Positions 60,398 to 64,000 of a stretch of DNA of 64,000 bases are shown here, in pieces. How positions within the stretch are numbered: the stretch's first letter is position 1; each line of letters begins with the position of its first letter. Position numbers and translations under genes: made by a program. The notes under the pieces are model-generated. The model worked only from the letters and a program-made list of their open reading frames with translations, ran no database searches and was not told the origin of the DNA. The stretch comes from Promethearchaeota archaeon (GTDB lineage Archaea > Asgardarchaeota > Lokiarchaeia > Sigyniarchaeales > SOKP01): contig JBHLOY010000005.1 of NCBI GenBank assembly GCA_048939995.1, forward strand, positions 64,001 through 128,000. Reading direction: 5' to 3'.

Positions 60398-60514
60398 GTA
60401 ATTCATACCAATTTAAGCTTAATTTTATAGATTTTAATCAATAAAAAAAAATACTTTAATTTGCAATTATTCAATCATCTTATTAGTCTAATTCTTTTTC
60501 TAAAAAAAAATAAC

Positions 60515-61966
60515 ATGAAGATTGTTGATGAATTAAAAGTATTTGATGATAGTCTAATAAAAAGATTATCAAACTTAGCCACAAATAAAATTAATTATTG
60601 GGACCTTAGGGCTAGTCTTCAAAATGGTATAACATTAGATTTTACAAACCAAAAAAGTAAAGAAATTAGTTCATATGAAACCTTAGAATGTGGAATAAGG
60701 ACATTTTTAGATGGAGGATGGGGATTTTGCGTTTTAAAGGAATTAAATAGGGAGAATATAATAAATAGCTTCTCGAAAGCGATAAAATTGGCAAAACAAT
60801 CACATTTATTTTGCAAAACGAACTTTAAAATGACTGAAAGCAAACCTATCCAAAAACATTTTATCATCAATAGCAAAAGGAATTTAGAAAGTATTGATAT
60901 AAAAGATAAAATTGAAATTGTAAAATATCATGAAGATATTGCTTCTACTTACTCTAAAAAAATAAAAAATAGTCACACAATATATCTTGACGGAAACTCT
61001 AAACATCTTTTTCTAAATTCCTTCGGTAGCAAGATATACCAAGATTTTGAAATGGTGCGGATTTTTTCCGCCGTTTATGCTCAAAAAGAAAGCATAATTC
61101 AAACTGCTATGAATTCAGTTGGGGGAGTGGGAGGCTTTGAAATACTAGAAACAGAGGAAGCTCAAAAAATAAGTTTAAAGTCAGCAAAGCAGGCAGTAAA
61201 ACTTTTAGATGCAAAATCACCGGTAGGTGGTAAATTTAATGTGATTATGGATTCTAAATTAACAGGAACATTTATCCATGAAGCTTTTGGTCATGCTTGC
61301 GAAGCAGATTTAGTGTTAAATAAGGAGAGTATATTAGAAGACAAAATCGGGAAAATAGTAGCGATTGATGATGTGAATGTAATTGATGACCCTACTATAG
61401 GTAAAGCAAAAATGTTTAATTTACCATATGAACTATATGGAAGCTATTTTGTCGATGATGAGGGTATTCCTTCACAAAAAACGGTAATAATTGAGAATGG
61501 AATCCTTCGAAACTTCCTTCATAATATAGAAACGGCCTCTAGGATGTCTGTGCTACCTAATGGTCATGGAAGAGCAAATTCATGTACTGCAACTCCCCAA
61601 GTGAGGATGGGCTTTACATACCTGGAACCTAAAGATTGGGAGTTAGATGAGATGATAGAAGATACAAAATCTGGGATATTATGCGAGGATTTCCAATATG
61701 GATATACTGATGCAACCACAGGTAACTTTCAATTTAAATGTAAGTTCTCTTATAAAATCGAAAATGGTGAGAAAAAGGAATTAATGAGAGATGTATCTCT
61801 TTCTGGAATGACGTTGGATGTATTAAAAAAAATAAATAGTATAGGTAATAAAAATACTTTTAATTATTCTGATGGAATGTGTGGAAAAGGTGGTCAAGGT
61901 ATTAGAGTTTGTGATGGAGGTCCATACATTAGGATTGAAGCTGTAATTGTAGGAGGGCTAAATTAA
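60515..61966 (+). CDS. tldD: TldD metalloprotease
   Basis: HEAFGHACEAD, DDEG, CGKGGQ..GGP; likely start MKIVDE at 60515. Confidence 0.93.
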   Translation: MKIVDELKVFDDSLIKRLSNLATNKINYWDLRASLQNGITLDFTNQKSKEISSYETLECGIRTFLDGGWGFCVLKELNRENIINSFSKAIKLAKQSHLFCKTNFKMTESKPIQKHFIINSKRNLESIDIKDKIEIVKYHEDIASTYSKKIKNSHTIYLDGNSKHLFLNSFGSKIYQDFEMVRIFSAVYAQKESIIQTAMNSVGGVGGFEILETEEAQKISLKSAKQAVKLLDAKSPVGGKFNVIMDSKLTGTFIHEAFGHACEADLVLNKESILEDKIGKIVAIDDVNVIDDPTIGKAKMFNLPYELYGSYFVDDEGIPSQKTVIIENGILRNFLHNIETASRMSVLPNGHGRANSCTATPQVRMGFTYLEPKDWELDEMIEDTKSGILCEDFQYGYTDATTGNFQFKCKFSYKIENGEKKELMRDVSLSGMTLDVLKKINSIGNKNTFNYSDGMCGKGGQGIRVCDGGPYIRIEAVIVGGLN

Positions 61967-63334
61967 ATGGATATTTCTGCTCTATTCAACCTTGCCTTAA
62001 AAGCATTAGATATTGCTGAAAAAAATGGGGGAAAGCTTGCTGAAATATACTTCTCTCTGAGCGATTATATTAATATAGATATCGAGGAAAATTCAATAAA
62101 AAACAATGAATTAGGGAGTGATTATGGATGTGGGATTCGGATAATTAATCACAATGGATCGCTAGGATTTGCTTTTACTAATAGACTAGAGAATCAATAT
62201 ATTGAAAGAATGACAAAAAATGCAGTTAGCATGATGAGGACCGGAACTAAAGATCCTGATTTTAAGAATCTTCCCTCTAAATATGAAAATTATGAGAAAG
62301 TTAAAGGATTATATGACAAAAATATAGAAAACCTTACCATTGAAGAATCAATTAAGTTTGTAGAAGCATTAATTAAAAAATGTGATGAGGACGAACTAGC
62401 TATTTCCCAGTCTGGCAATTTTTCATCTAGTTATACTAAAATATTCATATTCAATACGAATGGAATTGAAGTTAACTCAAAAACCACTATTAGCTCTTTA
62501 TCCTCACATGTTATTGTAAAGGATAAAATAACAAAGGACACTTCTTTTGGATTTGAAAATCAGATTGAAAGAACACTAAAGGGAATTGATAGTGAGGAAG
62601 TTGTTATCACAGCTATAGATAATGCGAAAAGAAATTTAAATAGAAAAAAAATAAAAAGTGCTAGAATTCCAATTATCCTTACCCCTAGAGGCGTTATTAG
62701 CTTTATTTTAAGACCATTAGCCTCAGCAATTAACGCTGAGACTTTCCAATATAAACGTAGTTTCCTTGTTGATAAGCGAGGAGAAATTCTTGGTCCAAAG
62801 TTTTTAAATATTGAAGATAACGCTTTAATTGATGGGGCTGTGGGTTCTGCGACCTTTGATGGGGAAGGTATCCCTTGCAAAAACAAGAAGATAATCGATA
62901 GGGGAGTATTTTTAAGGTCTGGTTTGCTACATAATAATTATACTGCCCTAAAAGAGGGTGTTGAGAGTTCGGGAAATGCTGCACGTAATTCTTATAGTTC
63001 TCTTCCAAATATAGGGATTTCCAATTTTATTCTTCAACCAGGAAATTCTTCAAAAAAGGAATTGATTAGAGAAATCAAAGAAGGGATTTTATTAGATTAT
63101 ACTGGAGATAGACCTAATGTCTCTACTGGGGATTTCTCTGGACTAATACTTCAAGGAAATTTGATAAAAAACGGTGAGATTTTGGACCCACTTAATGAGA
63201 CAATGTTTGGCATTAATTTATTAGATTTATTCAGTCATATTGAAGAGATTTCTAAAGAAATAAAAGTTTATGGGCCATATCAAGCCCCATATGTAAAAAT
63301 TGCAGATGTTAAAATTATTGGTAGCTCTCCTTAA
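61967..63334 (+). CDS. pmbA: TldE/PmbA
   Basis: GIRII..GFAFT, FDGEG, SGNA, TGDFS; no HExxH. Confidence 0.9.
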   Translation: MDISALFNLALKALDIAEKNGGKLAEIYFSLSDYINIDIEENSIKNNELGSDYGCGIRIINHNGSLGFAFTNRLENQYIERMTKNAVSMMRTGTKDPDFKNLPSKYENYEKVKGLYDKNIENLTIEESIKFVEALIKKCDEDELAISQSGNFSSSYTKIFIFNTNGIEVNSKTTISSLSSHVIVKDKITKDTSFGFENQIERTLKGIDSEEVVITAIDNAKRNLNRKKIKSARIPIILTPRGVISFILRPLASAINAETFQYKRSFLVDKRGEILGPKFLNIEDNALIDGAVGSATFDGEGIPCKNKKIIDRGVFLRSGLLHNNYTALKEGVESSGNAARNSYSSLPNIGISNFILQPGNSSKKELIREIKEGILLDYTGDRPNVSTGDFSGLILQGNLIKNGEILDPLNETMFGINLLDLFSHIEEISKEIKVYGPYQAPYVKIADVKIIGSSP

Positions 63335-63849
63335 GGTAAGATATTTAATCTAAGCCATAAAATATCAAAAAAGCTGGGTTCATCAATTATTTCCCATAAA
63401 ACAGCAATTATTATTTGATTAGAACCAGGTATCATAAACGAAATATTTAACATTTCTGAGATCCATCTTTCACCAATCATTAAGATCGTTTGAGAGGTAT
63501 TAAAGTAAGAGGTAGCATTTTCATAACTAGATGAACTTAATGCTGTATTATTATCTCCCTTTAAGATTTCTACCTTAAAAGTGAAATCTCTATTTAGAAA
63601 ATTCTCAACTGATACGTAAATTGATACATTTTCACCCACGTTTGCCTCTGTCGGATAATTTTCCGCTTTCTTTTCCTCATTTAACAATCCAAAGACTACA
63701 AAACCGGGTTCTGGAGTTAAAATGTAATACATTATAAACCCTGAAATAATTAAAATCCCTATAATTATACTTATTTTCACTATATTCTCAAATTGTATAT
63801 GATCTATTGTTTTTTCACGCTTATCCTGACTGCTTTTCACTTCATACAT
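63331..63849 (-). CDS. DUF1616-like membrane-anchored protein
   Basis: One TM segment, then F-x-LLNE..KAENYP, ending L-x-LNI. Confidence 0.7.
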   Translation of the reverse strand: MYEVKSSQDKREKTIDHIQFENIVKISIIIGILIISGFIMYYILTPEPGFVVFGLLNEEKKAENYPTEANVGENVSIYVSVENFLNRDFTFKVEILKGDNNTALSSSSYENATSYFNTSQTILMIGERWISEMLNISFMIPGSNQIIIAVLWEIIDEPSFFDILWLRLNILP

Positions 63850-64000
63850 TTTCTCTAAACCATGCGATAGTTTTTTCTAAACCCTCTCTTAACGGAGTCG
63901 TAGGTTCCCAATCTAATAATTTCTTTGCTTTAGATATATCAGGACACCTTCTTACTGGATCATCAATAGGAAGAGGTTTAAAGATAATTTTAGATTTAGA
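63842..64000 (-). CDS. NAD-dependent epimerase / UDP-glucuronate decarboxylase, 3' end (truncated by window)
   Basis: Manual translation [50 protein letters not shown]. Confidence 0.85.
   Translation of the reverse strand, partial: SKSKIIFKPLPIDDPVRRCPDISKAKKLLDWEPTTPLREGLEKTIAWFRENV

Noticed and set aside
1021-63008. Many 60-130 aa ORFs antisense to or overlapping larger genes (e.g. 1021-1212, 2659-2877, 3811-4011, 14295-14693, 58764-59147)
   Set aside because: They are shadow frames of well-supported genes with no motifs. The similarity of 2659-2877 to 3811-4011 only mirrors the paralogy of the sense genes.
1-64000. CRISPR array, rRNA, IS elements
   Set aside because: No regularly spaced repeats, long structured GC-rich RNA region or transposase ORFs were seen by eye.

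Overview
Very AT-rich archaeal chromosomal segment. Gene content and eukaryotic-signature-like proteins (profilin-like, longin-like, roadblock) point to an Asgard archaeon, probably Lokiarchaeia; this is inferred from recalled family patterns, not a search. Most of the window is housekeeping: TFB; four tRNAs, three with BHB-type introns; the proteasome-alpha/SBDS/Rrp4/Rrp41/Rrp42/L37ae/Pcc1/prefoldin-beta superoperon, extended by a DHH nuclease, an ECF module and Cgi121, with convergent Sua5/THUMP; a 4-subunit 2-oxoacid:ferredoxin oxidoreductase; ZPR1, PFK, HerA, Cdc48, FEN1, Nob1, NAD kinase, aIF5A, SRP54, PyrC, AMMECR1, DinB, NadC, PurM, PurB, TldD/E. The best candidate for a new system is a tandem paralog pair (1934-3988) with the architecture [unknown Trp-rich domain]-[ribbon-helix-helix]-[HisKA/DHp with an altered H-box and no ATPase domain]-[intact receiver], divergent from a TFB gene. 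Other notable items: a DapA pseudo-aldolase fused to an APH-type kinase beside an FGGY-kinase/SCP2/dehydrogenase-aldolase cluster; a 7-TM gene split by an in-frame TAG and followed by a longin-like gene; a two-intron tRNA-Lys; and several apparent pseudo-enzymes (JAB, TrmY, NikR). No CRISPR array, rRNA or mobile element was seen.
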